64,000 nt of DNA from Polyangiales bacterium. GTDB lineage: Bacteria > Myxococcota_A > Polyangia > Polyangiales > Ga0077539. Both the position numbers and the translations under genes were made by a program. The notes beneath the pieces are model-generated. The model did no database searches and was not told where the DNA came from. It saw only the letters and a program-made list of their open reading frames with translations. Shown one piece after another: positions 1 to 9,576 of this stretch. Position 1 is the stretch's first letter. Each line of letters begins with the position of its first letter. The stretch spans positions 192,001-256,000 of the forward strand of contig JBGARZ010000003.1 of the NCBI GenBank assembly GCA_044229975.1. Direction: 5' to 3'.

Positions 1-495
1 GACCTCTCTGGGGTGCTGCACGACACGCGCGACCTGCTCCACCGCAACACCGGGCGCGTCGACTCGATCCTCGAAAACACCGACCGGCTCGTCCGCGACA
101 CCGACGGGCTCGTCAACGCGACCCGCGATCGCTACGTCGATGGGCCGCAGGCGCGGCGCATCATCCAACATGCCGAGTCGATCCTGACGACCATCGACCG
201 CGACGTCCCGGCGCTCTCGCGGGATGCCCGTTCGCTCATCAGCCGGCTCGACCACATCGCCCAGGGCGTGGGCGACCCGCAGATCCAGGACCTTCAGCAC
301 ACGCTGCGCGAAGTGCGGACGCTCAGCGAGCGGGCCAACGCCGTGATGACCGACGTGCAGTCGGTCAGCACGCGGGTGCGATCGGGGCACGGAACGGTCG
401 GAGCGCTCCTCATGGACGAGGAGATCTACGACGACCTCCAGGAGATGATCCGCGACCTGAAGCACAACCCCTGGAAGTTCTTCTGGCGCGAGTAA
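1..495 (+). CDS. MlaD/MCE-family protein, C-terminal part (5' end lies outside the window)
   Basis: Helical repeats ending in GHGTVGALLMDEEIYDDLQEMIRDLKHNPWKFFWRE, a typical MCE/MlaD C-terminal tail. Confidence 0.65.
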   Translation, partial: DLSGVLHDTRDLLHRNTGRVDSILENTDRLVRDTDGLVNATRDRYVDGPQARRIIQHAESILTTIDRDVPALSRDARSLISRLDHIAQGVGDPQIQDLQHTLREVRTLSERANAVMTDVQSVSTRVRSGHGTVGALLMDEEIYDDLQEMIRDLKHNPWKFFWRE

Positions 496-637
496 AGCCG
501 AGGGGCTTGCACGGATATCAGGGTTGTCGAGGCGTTCCGCCCTTGCGGGAACATTCCCTTGATGGCACAAAGCTCTCGACGCGAGTGATGCGTTCGAAGT
601 GGTTGGAGTTGCGCCGAGGCGCTGAGGAGAGTCGTCG

Positions 638-1429
638 ATGAGCCAGCAGCAGAAGGAAGACTCCGTGATGTTCTCGCTCCGGAGCCTGATGGAGATCGAA
701 GAAGATCGCATCAAGCAGGAAGAGGACGAGAAGAAGCGCGCGGAGGACGGCGAGCGGCTGCGGCTGGAGGAGGCGCGGCGTCGCGAGGAAGAGGCCCGGC
801 TGGCGCAGGTGCGCGCGGCCGAAGAGGCCCGCGCGGCCGAAGAGCGTCGGCGTCGCGAGGAAGAGGAGCGCGTCCGGCGCGAGCGCGAAGAGGCCGAGCT
901 GCGCATCCGACTGGAGGCCGAGTCGAAGCAGCGTGAGCGCGAGATGCAGCTCCGCATGGAGCAGGAGCAGAAGCTCGCCGTCATCGAGTCGCAGAAGAAG
1001 AAGGGCGTCAACCCGGCGGCGGTTGCGGGCGGCGTCTTCGTGCTCATCGGCGTGCTCGGTGCGGGTGTGTTCTTCGGCGTGATCAAGCCGGGGCAAGAGG
1101 CGCGAGCGGCGGAGGCGGCGCGCAACGAGACTCAGCGGCGTGAGTCGGAAGAGCGGCGCGTGGTGGCCGAACGCGCGGCGGAAGAAGCCCGTACTCGCGT
1201 CGCCCAGGCCGAGGCCGCGCAGCGGGCCCAGGCGGCGGCGGCGGCTCTCGCGGCACAGAACGCGGCGGCCCTCGCGGCGGCCAATCCGGCGGTGCCGAGC
1301 GTTGGGCAGCATCCCACGGGGGCGTCTCGGCCCCACTCGTCGGGTGGCGGCACGCGTCGTCCGGCGCGGCCCGCCGGCGGCGGCGGCAGCAGCTCCAGCG
1401 AGCCCGACCTCGGCGATCTCGGCCTCTGA
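638..1429 (+). CDS. Myxobacterial hypothetical protein: E/R-rich charged helix, single TM segment, Ala/Pro/Gly-rich tail
   Basis: SD GAGGAG upstream; N-terminal SVMFSL motif; long E/R/K helix; hydrophobic AAVAGGVFVLIGVLGAGVFFGVI; TGATG overlap with the next gene. Confidence 0.75.
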   Translation: MSQQQKEDSVMFSLRSLMEIEEDRIKQEEDEKKRAEDGERLRLEEARRREEEARLAQVRAAEEARAAEERRRREEEERVRREREEAELRIRLEAESKQREREMQLRMEQEQKLAVIESQKKKGVNPAAVAGGVFVLIGVLGAGVFFGVIKPGQEARAAEAARNETQRRESEERRVVAERAAEEARTRVAQAEAAQRAQAAAAALAAQNAAALAAANPAVPSVGQHPTGASRPHSSGGGTRRPARPAGGGGSSSSEPDLGDLGL

Positions 1430-2178
1430 TGCGGAGGGTTCTGCTCGGGGTGCGGGCGGTGAGAGAAGCGCTCGCGGCCCGCGCCCAATCCATCGCCATC
1501 ATCTACCTCCACGAAGACGGCGCACGTGGTGCGCTGCGGGACGTGTTCAACGACGCGAAAAACCGCGGCGTCGCCACCGAGCTGCGCCCGATGGCGGAGC
1601 TCGACGCGCTCGCCGAGGGCGATCGTCACCAGGGCGTCATCGCGCTCTCGGGTGAGGACTTCGCCTACGCGAGCTTCGAGCAGGTGCTCGATCGCGCCAT
1701 CGCCGCGGGCCCCGTCGGCTTCCTCGTCGCCCTCGACGAGGTGACCGACCCGCACAACTTCGGCGCCATCATCCGCTCGGCCGTCGCGTTCGGCGCCGCG
1801 GGCATCATCACCATGAAAGACCGCGCATCCCCAGTGACCCCGACGGTGGTGCGCTCCAGCGCCGGGGCCACCGAGCACGCCACCATCGCGCGGGTGACCA
1901 ACCTCTCGCGCGCCCTCGACACCATCCGTGAGGCGGGCATCCTCGCGGTGGGCCTCGACGCCGAGGGAGCGTCCGAGCTCGCCGCGACGGACCTCACGGT
2001 GCCGTGTGTCGTGGTCATCGGCAGCGAGGGGCGTGGTCTGCGTCGCCTCGTGCGCGAGCGCTGCGACGTGCTCGCGAAGATCCCCATGGCGGGCCCCATC
2101 GCCTCGCTCAACGCCTCCGTCGCCGCGGCCATCACGCTCTACGAGCTGACCCGGCAGCGCGCCTCCGCCGCCCGTTAA
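1429..2178 (+). CDS. rlmB: 23S rRNA (guanosine-2'-O)-methyltransferase RlmB (SpoU/TrmH family)
   Basis: HQGV, LDEVTDPHNFGAIIRS, GSEGRG and IPMAGPIASLNASVA SPOUT motifs. Confidence 0.9.
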   Translation: MRRVLLGVRAVREALAARAQSIAIIYLHEDGARGALRDVFNDAKNRGVATELRPMAELDALAEGDRHQGVIALSGEDFAYASFEQVLDRAIAAGPVGFLVALDEVTDPHNFGAIIRSAVAFGAAGIITMKDRASPVTPTVVRSSAGATEHATIARVTNLSRALDTIREAGILAVGLDAEGASELAATDLTVPCVVVIGSEGRGLRRLVRERCDVLAKIPMAGPIASLNASVAAAITLYELTRQRASAAR

Positions 2179-2259
2179 CCATCCCCGACATTATTTTCCA
2201 GCGCGTCGGAAACCCTTCGCCCGGCTCCCTCCGAAGAGCGCGCGGAAGGAGTCACGCAC

Positions 2260-2454
2260 ATGATGGATGGCACTCAAGGCTTCGGTCGGCTTTCACTTCT
2301 CCGGGGGATCACGACAGGGGGCATCCGGCGCGTTCGACAGCGCGTCATCGTGCTCTACGAGCACAACCCTGGGTACTGCGTGCGCCCGACGGCGAGCGCG
2401 GAGGTCATGCCCTGGGACGACGCGCCCGAGATCACCGAGGTGGACGACGAGTAG
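2260..2454 (+). CDS. Small hypothetical protein (64 aa, acidic C-terminus)
   Basis: SD AAGGAG upstream of ATG; fills the gap between rlmB and the convergent gene. Confidence 0.5.
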   Translation: MMDGTQGFGRLSLLRGITTGGIRRVRQRVIVLYEHNPGYCVRPTASAEVMPWDDAPEITEVDDE

Positions 2455-2461
2455 ACCCTCG

Positions 2462-5353
2462 TCAGCGTCGTCCGACGATGGACAGACGCACCACCCGCCG
2501 CTGCCCCGCCCGCTCCAGATCCACGATCACCACCGATCCACCGAGACCCGCCAGTCGCGACAGCGCGTCGGGTACGTCCCGTGGTTCGCGCCCGTCGACC
2601 GACACGATGGTGTCGCCGACCTGGATGCCCGCGCGCGCCTCGACCGAGTCGTCTTCGACGCGGTCGACGAGGTAGCCGTTGAGCGTGCGGGTCAGCGACA
2701 CGCTCGACGGCACCGCGGCGGAATCGCCCGTCAACACCGATAGTCTGAGGCGAACGCCGCGCACCTCGGTGCCTCGCAGCACGCGTACCTCCTGCGGATC
2801 AGACCGGGCGCGACCGCGGTGGTCGGCCACGAGGGAGCGCGTCCCTTCGGGCACGGTCGGCAGAACGAAGTGCCCCGAGCGGTCGGTGATCGCGGCGGGT
2901 TGTTGCTCCGCGGCAGAGGCCGCCAAGACGCGGACCGAGGCGCCCTCCACCGGGTCGCCGCGGTCGTCGAGCACCTCGCCGCTCACGGCTCCGCCCGCAC
3001 GAAGCTCGAAGGTGCCGAGGTCGACGGTCGCGCCCGCCACGCGGAGCTGACGCTCGACGGAGACGCAGCCCGGCGCAGAGAGACGGAGCGTCGCGGCGCC
3101 GTCGCACAGGTGATCGATGGCGAGATCGCGCGAGTCACGCAGGGAGAACACCACCGGACCGCAGGCGCTCTCGACGACGCCGCGTGGGGCGTCGCTCGCG
3201 CAGCCGTCGTCGCGCACCACGCCGCGGAGGGACGCTCCGCGAACGAGCTCGATGCGCACGGGTTGTGACACCTGCGGGAGACGGATCTCGCGAGGCGCGA
3301 AGTCGGGGTGCCGCGCCGCGATGGAGACGCCCGCGCGACCGCCGACCGAGACGGTGAAGGTTCCGTCGGGAGCAGCGACGCCGGTGCTGGCGCCAGCCGC
3401 GGCCGAGTCCAGCGAGGTGACCGTGATGGCAGCGCCGCCGACCGGGAACCCGCGCTCGTCGACCACCCTCCCCTCGATCTGTCGGAGGTTGCCCGCGAGG
3501 ACCAGCTCCAGCGGGACGACCGCGCCGTCGCCCAGCGTGACCTCGGCGCGCGCGACCACGCGGCCGGCCATCCACGCGGTCACCGTCGCCGGACCGTAGA
3601 TGCCGATGAAGTTGAAGGTTCCGTCGAGGGTGGTGAGCGCGCGCTGCGGCATCGGGTCGGACGGGCTCCGCAGCTCGATCTCGATGCCCGCGGTGGGCAG
3701 TCGGCGCTCGCTGACCACGCGGCCGCGGAGCGTTCCGCCTGGGTGGAGGATGATCTCCTGCTCGGTGGAGCGCGCCGCGATGAGCGTGACGGGCGGCGCC
3801 ACCGCGCGGGCGTATCCGGGGTGCGACACGCTGACGACGGCGCTGCCGGGCGGGAGGTCGGTGATGTGGAAGCGCCCATCGGCGTCGGTGCGAAAGCCCA
3901 CCGTGTCGACGGTCGCAGCGAGCGCGCCGGGCACCACCGGGACGATGGGAACGCGCCCCGGGAGCACGCCGAGATCGCCGCGCGGGACGAGCGAGGCGGG
4001 GCGACCCGACTGGGCGTTGAAGAGCGCGTCTTGAAAGCCGGTCGAGGCCGCGGTGACCCAGCGGGGACGGTTGTCGAGGTCGCGCGCCACCACCTCGACC
4101 TGGGCGTTGGCGACCGCCCTCCCCCGCACGTCGAGGACGATTCCGTCGATGGTTGCCGCCGGGTCGAGCCGCACCGCGAGCGCATCACCGCCGGGGATCA
4201 CTGGCATCGCCTCGCGCGGCGCGTACCCCGGCAGGCGCACCCAGAGCGTGTGCGTGCGCGGCAGCATCCCGTCGAACACGAAGCGCCCATCGTCGCCCGT
4301 GGACGCGGCGCGGGGCGCCGTGGAAATACCGTCCTCGGTAAGAGCAACACGGGCACCGGCGAGCGCGCGGCCGGTCGCGGCGTCGGTCACGACACCCGAA
4401 AGGCTCTGCCCCGGGCCGAGGGTACAGCGGACGGCGCGGTTCTCACCGGGCTCGATCCAGAGCGGGGCGATGGGCTCGGCGACGTCGGTGCCGCGGCTGG
4501 CGCGAACCTCGTAGACGCCACCCGGGAGCGACGGCATCGCGAAGTGCCCCTCGGCGTCGGTGGTGGCCGATCGCGGCGGCCAGACACCAGAACCCGAGAC
4601 GATGACCGACGCGCCCGACACCGCGAGGCCCGAGGCGTCGACGACGGCGACCTGCAACGTGGCGAGCGCGCGGAGCGTGAGAGGGAGGTCGGTGGTGGGC
4701 GCGGTCACGCCGATGCGCTGGAGGGCCTCGTAGCCCTCGGCGATGACCTCGATGCGCCAGGTTCCGGGCGAGAGACCGTCGAGGCGGAAGCGACCCGTGG
4801 CGTCGCTGCGAGTCGCGACGCCGGGGTCTTCGGCGGCGGTGGTTCCCTCGCGGGTGGCGCGGAGCAGCACGGAGCCGAGCGCGGTGCGGGTGGCGCCGCG
4901 GAGCGCGACGGTGGTGCCGTCGATGGAGGCCGCGGGGCCCATGGTGAGCGCGATGGACTGCGCCGGCCCACGCACCCGTACGGGGCGCACGACCCGCGCA
5001 CGACCCGGCGCGGTGACCTGCACCCACCACGACCCGAGCGGGAGATCCTGCACCTCGAAGCGACCCGCGCCATCGGTCGGGACCGCCACCACCGGGAGGC
5101 TCAGCCCCTCACGCACGGCGATCCAGCGGAGCGTCGCGCCCGCGATGGGGCGGCCACGCTCGTCGGTGATGCGCCCCGACACCACGCCTCCCGCGACGTG
5201 CTCCCGTCCGGCGGGAGACACGGCCATCACGCGCCGCGCGGAGACCACGCCCGGGCGGAGGCGCTCGGCGTAGCGGTCGCGGAGTGTGAGCGCACACACG
5301 ATCAGGCCCAGCAGGGCGGCCGGAGGGCGCATCGTCTTCCGGGGCAGCGACAC
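2462..5353 (-). CDS. Membrane-anchored or secreted protein with tandem carboxypeptidase-regulatory-like (transthyretin-like) repeats and a C-terminal PDZ domain
   Basis: Repeated G.V.D..G.PV.GA.V and TD..G.F...L..G units; C-terminal RAGIQVGDTIVSVDG PDZ motif; N-terminal hydrophobic segment. Confidence 0.8.
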   Translation of the reverse strand: MSLPRKTMRPPAALLGLIVCALTLRDRYAERLRPGVVSARRVMAVSPAGREHVAGGVVSGRITDERGRPIAGATLRWIAVREGLSLPVVAVPTDGAGRFEVQDLPLGSWWVQVTAPGRARVVRPVRVRGPAQSIALTMGPAASIDGTTVALRGATRTALGSVLLRATREGTTAAEDPGVATRSDATGRFRLDGLSPGTWRIEVIAEGYEALQRIGVTAPTTDLPLTLRALATLQVAVVDASGLAVSGASVIVSGSGVWPPRSATTDAEGHFAMPSLPGGVYEVRASRGTDVAEPIAPLWIEPGENRAVRCTLGPGQSLSGVVTDAATGRALAGARVALTEDGISTAPRAASTGDDGRFVFDGMLPRTHTLWVRLPGYAPREAMPVIPGGDALAVRLDPAATIDGIVLDVRGRAVANAQVEVVARDLDNRPRWVTAASTGFQDALFNAQSGRPASLVPRGDLGVLPGRVPIVPVVPGALAATVDTVGFRTDADGRFHITDLPPGSAVVSVSHPGYARAVAPPVTLIAARSTEQEIILHPGGTLRGRVVSERRLPTAGIEIELRSPSDPMPQRALTTLDGTFNFIGIYGPATVTAWMAGRVVARAEVTLGDGAVVPLELVLAGNLRQIEGRVVDERGFPVGGAAITVTSLDSAAAGASTGVAAPDGTFTVSVGGRAGVSIAARHPDFAPREIRLPQVSQPVRIELVRGASLRGVVRDDGCASDAPRGVVESACGPVVFSLRDSRDLAIDHLCDGAATLRLSAPGCVSVERQLRVAGATVDLGTFELRAGGAVSGEVLDDRGDPVEGASVRVLAASAAEQQPAAITDRSGHFVLPTVPEGTRSLVADHRGRARSDPQEVRVLRGTEVRGVRLRLSVLTGDSAAVPSSVSLTRTLNGYLVDRVEDDSVEARAGIQVGDTIVSVDGREPRDVPDALSRLAGLGGSVVIVDLERAGQRRVVRLSIVGRR

Positions 5354-5406
5354 GGGGCTCCGTGCTATTCCCGACCGGCACCCGTACGCCAGCGGGTAAC
5401 GGACAA

Positions 5407-6474
5407 ATGCACTCCAAGCGCACCGACCCGCACGCCCACGACGAGCGCCCGACTCCCCCCGTGGTGCGCCCCGCCACCATCCCCGACGACGCGCTGTGTT
5501 CGGTCTTCGAGGTGCGGGCCGACCGCGCGGGCATGCGCCTCGACCGCTGGCTCGCGCTGGAGCTCACCCGCCTCACCCGGACGCGCGCCACGGAGATCGT
5601 CACGCACTTCGCGTTCTCGGCGCAGGGCAAGCTGCTCGGGCCGTCGCATCGGGTGCGTGCGGGCGAGGTGATCGCCCTCTACCGGCCGCGCTGGGAAGAG
5701 CCCGCCGCCCCGCGCGAGGTGACGATTCTCTACGTCGATGACCACGTCATCGCGGTCGACAAGCCCCCGGGGCTGCCGGTGCACCCGACGGCGAAGTTTC
5801 ATCGCAACACGGTGACGAGCGTGCTGGCCGAGCGCTTTCCCGACGAGCGCGTGGTGCTGGCCCACCGCATCGACCGCGAGACCTCTGGCGTGCTGCTCGT
5901 CGCCCGCTCGCGCGAGGCCGAGCGCAACATGAAGCAGGACTTCGCCGAGCGCCGCGTGCACAAGACCTATCACGCGCTGGTGCACGGCGTGATCGAGGCC
6001 GATCACCAGGTCATCGAAGCTCCCCTGTGCCTGCACGGCGGCGACGTCGGCGTGAAGATGTGCGTCCGCCCGGTGACCCGGGGCGGTATGCCCTCACTCA
6101 CGCGCGTCGAGGTGCTGGAGCGGCTCAACGGGTTCACCCTGGTTGCAGCGCGACCGGAGACCGGGCGCCAGCACCAGATCAGGGTGCACCTCGCGCACGT
6201 CGGTCACCCCCTCGTCGGCGACAAGCTCTACGCGCACGGGGACGAGATGTTCCTGGCGTGTCTCGACGAGGCGCCGGACGAGGAGCGCATGAAGGTGCTG
6301 TTGCTCCCGCGGCAGGCCCTGCACGCCGCGTCGGTGACCATCACGCACCCCATCACCAAGGTTCCGCTGACGGTCGACGCGCCGCTGCCCGAGGACATGG
6401 CGGCCTTCTGTCGCGAGCGCCGCGTGGTCGATCTCGACCGGGCCCCCCCAACGGTGATACGCCCACCAGGGTGA
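5407..6474 (+). CDS. RluA/RluD-family pseudouridine synthase
   Basis: S4-like RLDRWL, DKPPGLPVHP, HRIDRETSG (catalytic Asp), TGRQHQIRVHL, RQALHA; start codon uncertain (5362 or 5407). Confidence 0.9.
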   Translation: MHSKRTDPHAHDERPTPPVVRPATIPDDALCSVFEVRADRAGMRLDRWLALELTRLTRTRATEIVTHFAFSAQGKLLGPSHRVRAGEVIALYRPRWEEPAAPREVTILYVDDHVIAVDKPPGLPVHPTAKFHRNTVTSVLAERFPDERVVLAHRIDRETSGVLLVARSREAERNMKQDFAERRVHKTYHALVHGVIEADHQVIEAPLCLHGGDVGVKMCVRPVTRGGMPSLTRVEVLERLNGFTLVAARPETGRQHQIRVHLAHVGHPLVGDKLYAHGDEMFLACLDEAPDEERMKVLLLPRQALHAASVTITHPITKVPLTVDAPLPEDMAAFCRERRVVDLDRAPPTVIRPPG

Positions 6475-7046
6475 ACCGACTCTCCGCCTTCGTGGTGTTG
6501 GCCGCGCTCTCCACGGGATGCGCGAGCATGAGCAGCGGCCCCACCGTCACGGTGCGAGCGTTTGCCCCCGAGCTCTCACGCTACTTCGACGACGCGGCGG
6601 ACTTCATCGAGGACGTCGACGCCCTCGGCGGCCGCGTGGCCTCCGACTGGCGGCGCCAGGTGCGCGGGCTCTCCGCCGAGAGCGACCTCATCGTGGCCGT
6701 CCGCATCGAGACCGTGACCCTCGGCGACGACAACGCCACCAGCCGCGCCTACCGCCTCACCGCGGCCGCGGCGCGCGACCCGCTGGCGGGCGTGCTGCCC
6801 GCTGACCGGCGCGTCGACCTGCGAGTGACCGAAGGGGAAAACGGCTTCAACGCCATCCGGCAAAACGAGCAGCGGTTGCAGTCGAGGACCTTCCTGCTGT
6901 TCGTTCGTTGGTACGACGACGAGGGCGTGCGGCGGGCGCATTGGCACCTCTCACCGGAGACCGAGGCCCTTACCCGGCGGGTGCGCGAGGTCGCGGGCAT
7001 CAACGACCCCAACGCTCCGCGCGAGACGATCGTCCAACAGAACTAA
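6471..7046 (+). CDS. Hypothetical lipoprotein
   Basis: GTG overlaps the upstream TGA (GTGA); signal peptide with lipobox LSTGC. Confidence 0.7.
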   Translation: MNRLSAFVVLAALSTGCASMSSGPTVTVRAFAPELSRYFDDAADFIEDVDALGGRVASDWRRQVRGLSAESDLIVAVRIETVTLGDDNATSRAYRLTAAAARDPLAGVLPADRRVDLRVTEGENGFNAIRQNEQRLQSRTFLLFVRWYDDEGVRRAHWHLSPETEALTRRVREVAGINDPNAPRETIVQQN

Positions 7047-7660
7047 CCAGGCAGCGCCGACGGCAGCGCGCCGTTCATCAACACCTGCGCGTCGTCGTGG
7101 GCCGAGAGCGCGGCGACGACGAGCGGGTGCGCGTCGGGCTCGTTGCGGAGGTAGTCCACCTCGCCGAACTCCGGGCGTATCGGAAAGGCCAGCCGCTCAC
7201 CGTCGACGGAGAAGTGGGCGTCGACACCGGGTCGATTGCCGCGCGCGTCGAAGCGCACCCACCGGCCGAGCGGCGCGAGGAAGACGGTGTTGAGCCCGTG
7301 CACCGTGTAGCCGGCCGAGGCGTCGGCGTCGTTGAGGGTGAGGCGCTGGTAGCAGAGCCCGGCAGGCACGCCCGCGCGGCGCAGCAGGGCCGCGGCGAGG
7401 TGGCTCTTGGCGTAGCAGAGGCCCTCGCGGTAGCGCAGCACGTCCGAGGCGACGCAGGTCACGCGGCGACCGCCGATGTCCCACGAGTGGCTCACCTCGT
7501 CGCGCACGAACAAGAACACCGCCTCCGCCGCCGCGACCGGATCGAGCCCGCGCAACCGCGCGTCGACGAAGGCCGCGATGTCGGGCGAGTCGACGTCGAT
7601 GACCGGCGTCGCCTCGAGGAAGCGCGAAAGGGGTTGGTCGGTGTGCAGGAGGTCGGACAT
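7043..7660 (-). CDS. Transglutaminase-like family protein
   Basis: GLCYAKSHL (Cys), HGLN (His) and RFDARG (Asp) catalytic triad motifs. Confidence 0.85.
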   Translation of the reverse strand: MSDLLHTDQPLSRFLEATPVIDVDSPDIAAFVDARLRGLDPVAAAEAVFLFVRDEVSHSWDIGGRRVTCVASDVLRYREGLCYAKSHLAAALLRRAGVPAGLCYQRLTLNDADASAGYTVHGLNTVFLAPLGRWVRFDARGNRPGVDAHFSVDGERLAFPIRPEFGEVDYLRNEPDAHPLVVAALSAHDDAQVLMNGALPSALPG

Positions 7661-7674
7661 TCGCTCGCTCGCGC

Positions 7675-9576
7675 TCAGGTGGCAGGCGCGGCCTCGATGA
7701 CCGCCCCTTCGGTGACGACGGGCTCGGTCACGAACTGGAGCCGGTGCAGGCGGGCGTACACGCCGCCCAGCGCCATGAGCGCCGCGTGGTTGCCGCGTTC
7801 GACCACCTCACCGCGCAGCATCACGAGGATCTCGTCGGCGTGGCGGATGGTGCTCAGCCGGTGGGCGATGACGATGGCCGTGCGACCGCGCAGGGTCTCG
7901 GCCACCGCGCGTTGCACCGTCGACTCGGTCTCCGAGTCGAGGCTCGCGGTGGCCTCGTCGAGCACGAGCACCTCTGGGTCGCGATAGAGGGCGCGCGCCA
8001 GCGCCACGAGCTGCCGCTCGCCGCTGCTGAAGTTGGACCCGCGCTCGCCGACCGACGACTGAAGCCCGATGCCGCGGCGGTTGAGCAGGTCGAGCAGGCC
8101 GATGCGCCGGGCGACGTCCTCCGCGCGGGCCGCGTCGGGCTTGTCCTCACCGGGCGCGATGTTGGACAGCACGTCGCCTGGAAAGAGCAGCACGTCCTGC
8201 GGAACCACCACGACGCGGCGGCGCAGCTCTTCGCGGGTGAGCGATCGGATCTCCGCGCCGTCGACGAAGACGGCTCCCTCGTCGACCTCGTAGAGACGTT
8301 GCAGCAGCGAGATGATGGACGTCTTGCCCGCGCCCGTCGGGCCGACGATGGCGAGGGTGCGGCCGCGTCCGACCTCGAAGCTCACGCCACGCAGCGTGGG
8401 GCGATCGGGTTGGTAGCCGAAGCGAACGTCCTCGAAGGCAACCATCGCGCTGGGCGTCGGCCGTCCATCGCGCGGGGGGACGTCAGTGGGTGGAGCGTCG
8501 GGCTCGGGCTTGTCGAGAACACCGAAGACACGCTCGGCGCCCGACATCGCGTTTTGCAGGATGGTGAACTTCGAGGAGATCTCGCGCAGCGGCTCGAAGA
8601 AGCGCTGCACGTACTGCACGAACGCGACGAGCACGCCGAGCGACGCGGCGGGGCGGCTGGCGCCGAGGGCCCAGGCGCCGGCGAAGAGCAGCGAGGCGAT
8701 GCAGATGGACGCGAAGGCGTCGACGACGGCGTAGAGCATCGCGTCGTAGCGGATGGCGAGCTGGTTGGCCTCGCGGTACGCGGCGTTGATGTCGCGAAAC
8801 TCGTCCTGGCAGCGCTGCTCCTGCGCGTAGGCCTGCACCACGGCGACGCCGGTGACCTGCTCGTTGAGGTAGGCGTTCATCCGGGCGCTCTTGGTGCGGA
8901 TGGCGCGGAAGGCGTCGCGCGCGCGGCGGCGAAAACGATCGACCAGCCACGCGAGCGGCGGCACCGCGAGGAAGGTGAGCACCGAGAGGTGCGGCGAGAG
9001 CACCAGCATCGCGATGACGATGCGCGTGAGCGTGATGACGTCACCGACGGCCGTGACGGCGCCCGACGCGAAGAGCTCGCCGATGGCGTCGACGTCGTTG
9101 GTGACACGGGTGACGAGCCGCCCGATGGGCTGGCGGTCGAAGAAGGCGATGCGCTGCCCCTGGAGGAAGCGGAACACCTCGCGGCGCACGTCGGCCATGC
9201 TGCGCTGCCCGACGACCTGGAGCAGGTACCCGGAGACGAAACGCACCGCGAACTCCGCCACGATGAGCGCCGCGAGGATGATCGACCCGCGGTGCACGGC
9301 GCCGATGTCCCCGCGACCGACGCCGTCGTCGATGATCGAGCGCATGATGCGCGGCTGTGCGACCAGGAGCTCCGAGCTGGCGGGAAGCAGGAGGAGCGCG
9401 AGGAAGAGCGCCCCGCGGTAGGGCCGGATGAAGGGCCACAGGCGCTTGAGCAGCCGCGAGTCGTAGGTCTTGCCGAGGGCGTCTTCCTCATGGAAGGCCC
9501 GCTCGGCCTCGGCGGCGGTGCCCTTGGGCTTCGGCGGCTTCGCGTTGGTCTGCCGGTACGGCGTGGGGTCGCTCAC
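7675..9576 (-). CDS. ABC exporter, fused permease/ATP-binding subunit of a heterodimer
   Basis: TM domain followed by Walker A GPTGAGKT, signature FSSGERQ, Walker B LVLDEAT and H-loop IAHRLS. Confidence 0.92.
   Translation of the reverse strand: MSDPTPYRQTNAKPPKPKGTAAEAERAFHEEDALGKTYDSRLLKRLWPFIRPYRGALFLALLLLPASSELLVAQPRIMRSIIDDGVGRGDIGAVHRGSIILAALIVAEFAVRFVSGYLLQVVGQRSMADVRREVFRFLQGQRIAFFDRQPIGRLVTRVTNDVDAIGELFASGAVTAVGDVITLTRIVIAMLVLSPHLSVLTFLAVPPLAWLVDRFRRRARDAFRAIRTKSARMNAYLNEQVTGVAVVQAYAQEQRCQDEFRDINAAYREANQLAIRYDAMLYAVVDAFASICIASLLFAGAWALGASRPAASLGVLVAFVQYVQRFFEPLREISSKFTILQNAMSGAERVFGVLDKPEPDAPPTDVPPRDGRPTPSAMVAFEDVRFGYQPDRPTLRGVSFEVGRGRTLAIVGPTGAGKTSIISLLQRLYEVDEGAVFVDGAEIRSLTREELRRRVVVVPQDVLLFPGDVLSNIAPGEDKPDAARAEDVARRIGLLDLLNRRGIGLQSSVGERGSNFSSGERQLVALARALYRDPEVLVLDEATASLDSETESTVQRAVAETLRGRTAIVIAHRLSTIRHADEILVMLRGEVVERGNHAALMALGGVYARLHRLQFVTEPVVTEGAVIEAAPAT

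Noticed and set aside
563..580. TGGCACA upstream of the 638 gene as a sigma54 promoter
   Set aside because: No TTGC-like -12 element at the required spacing
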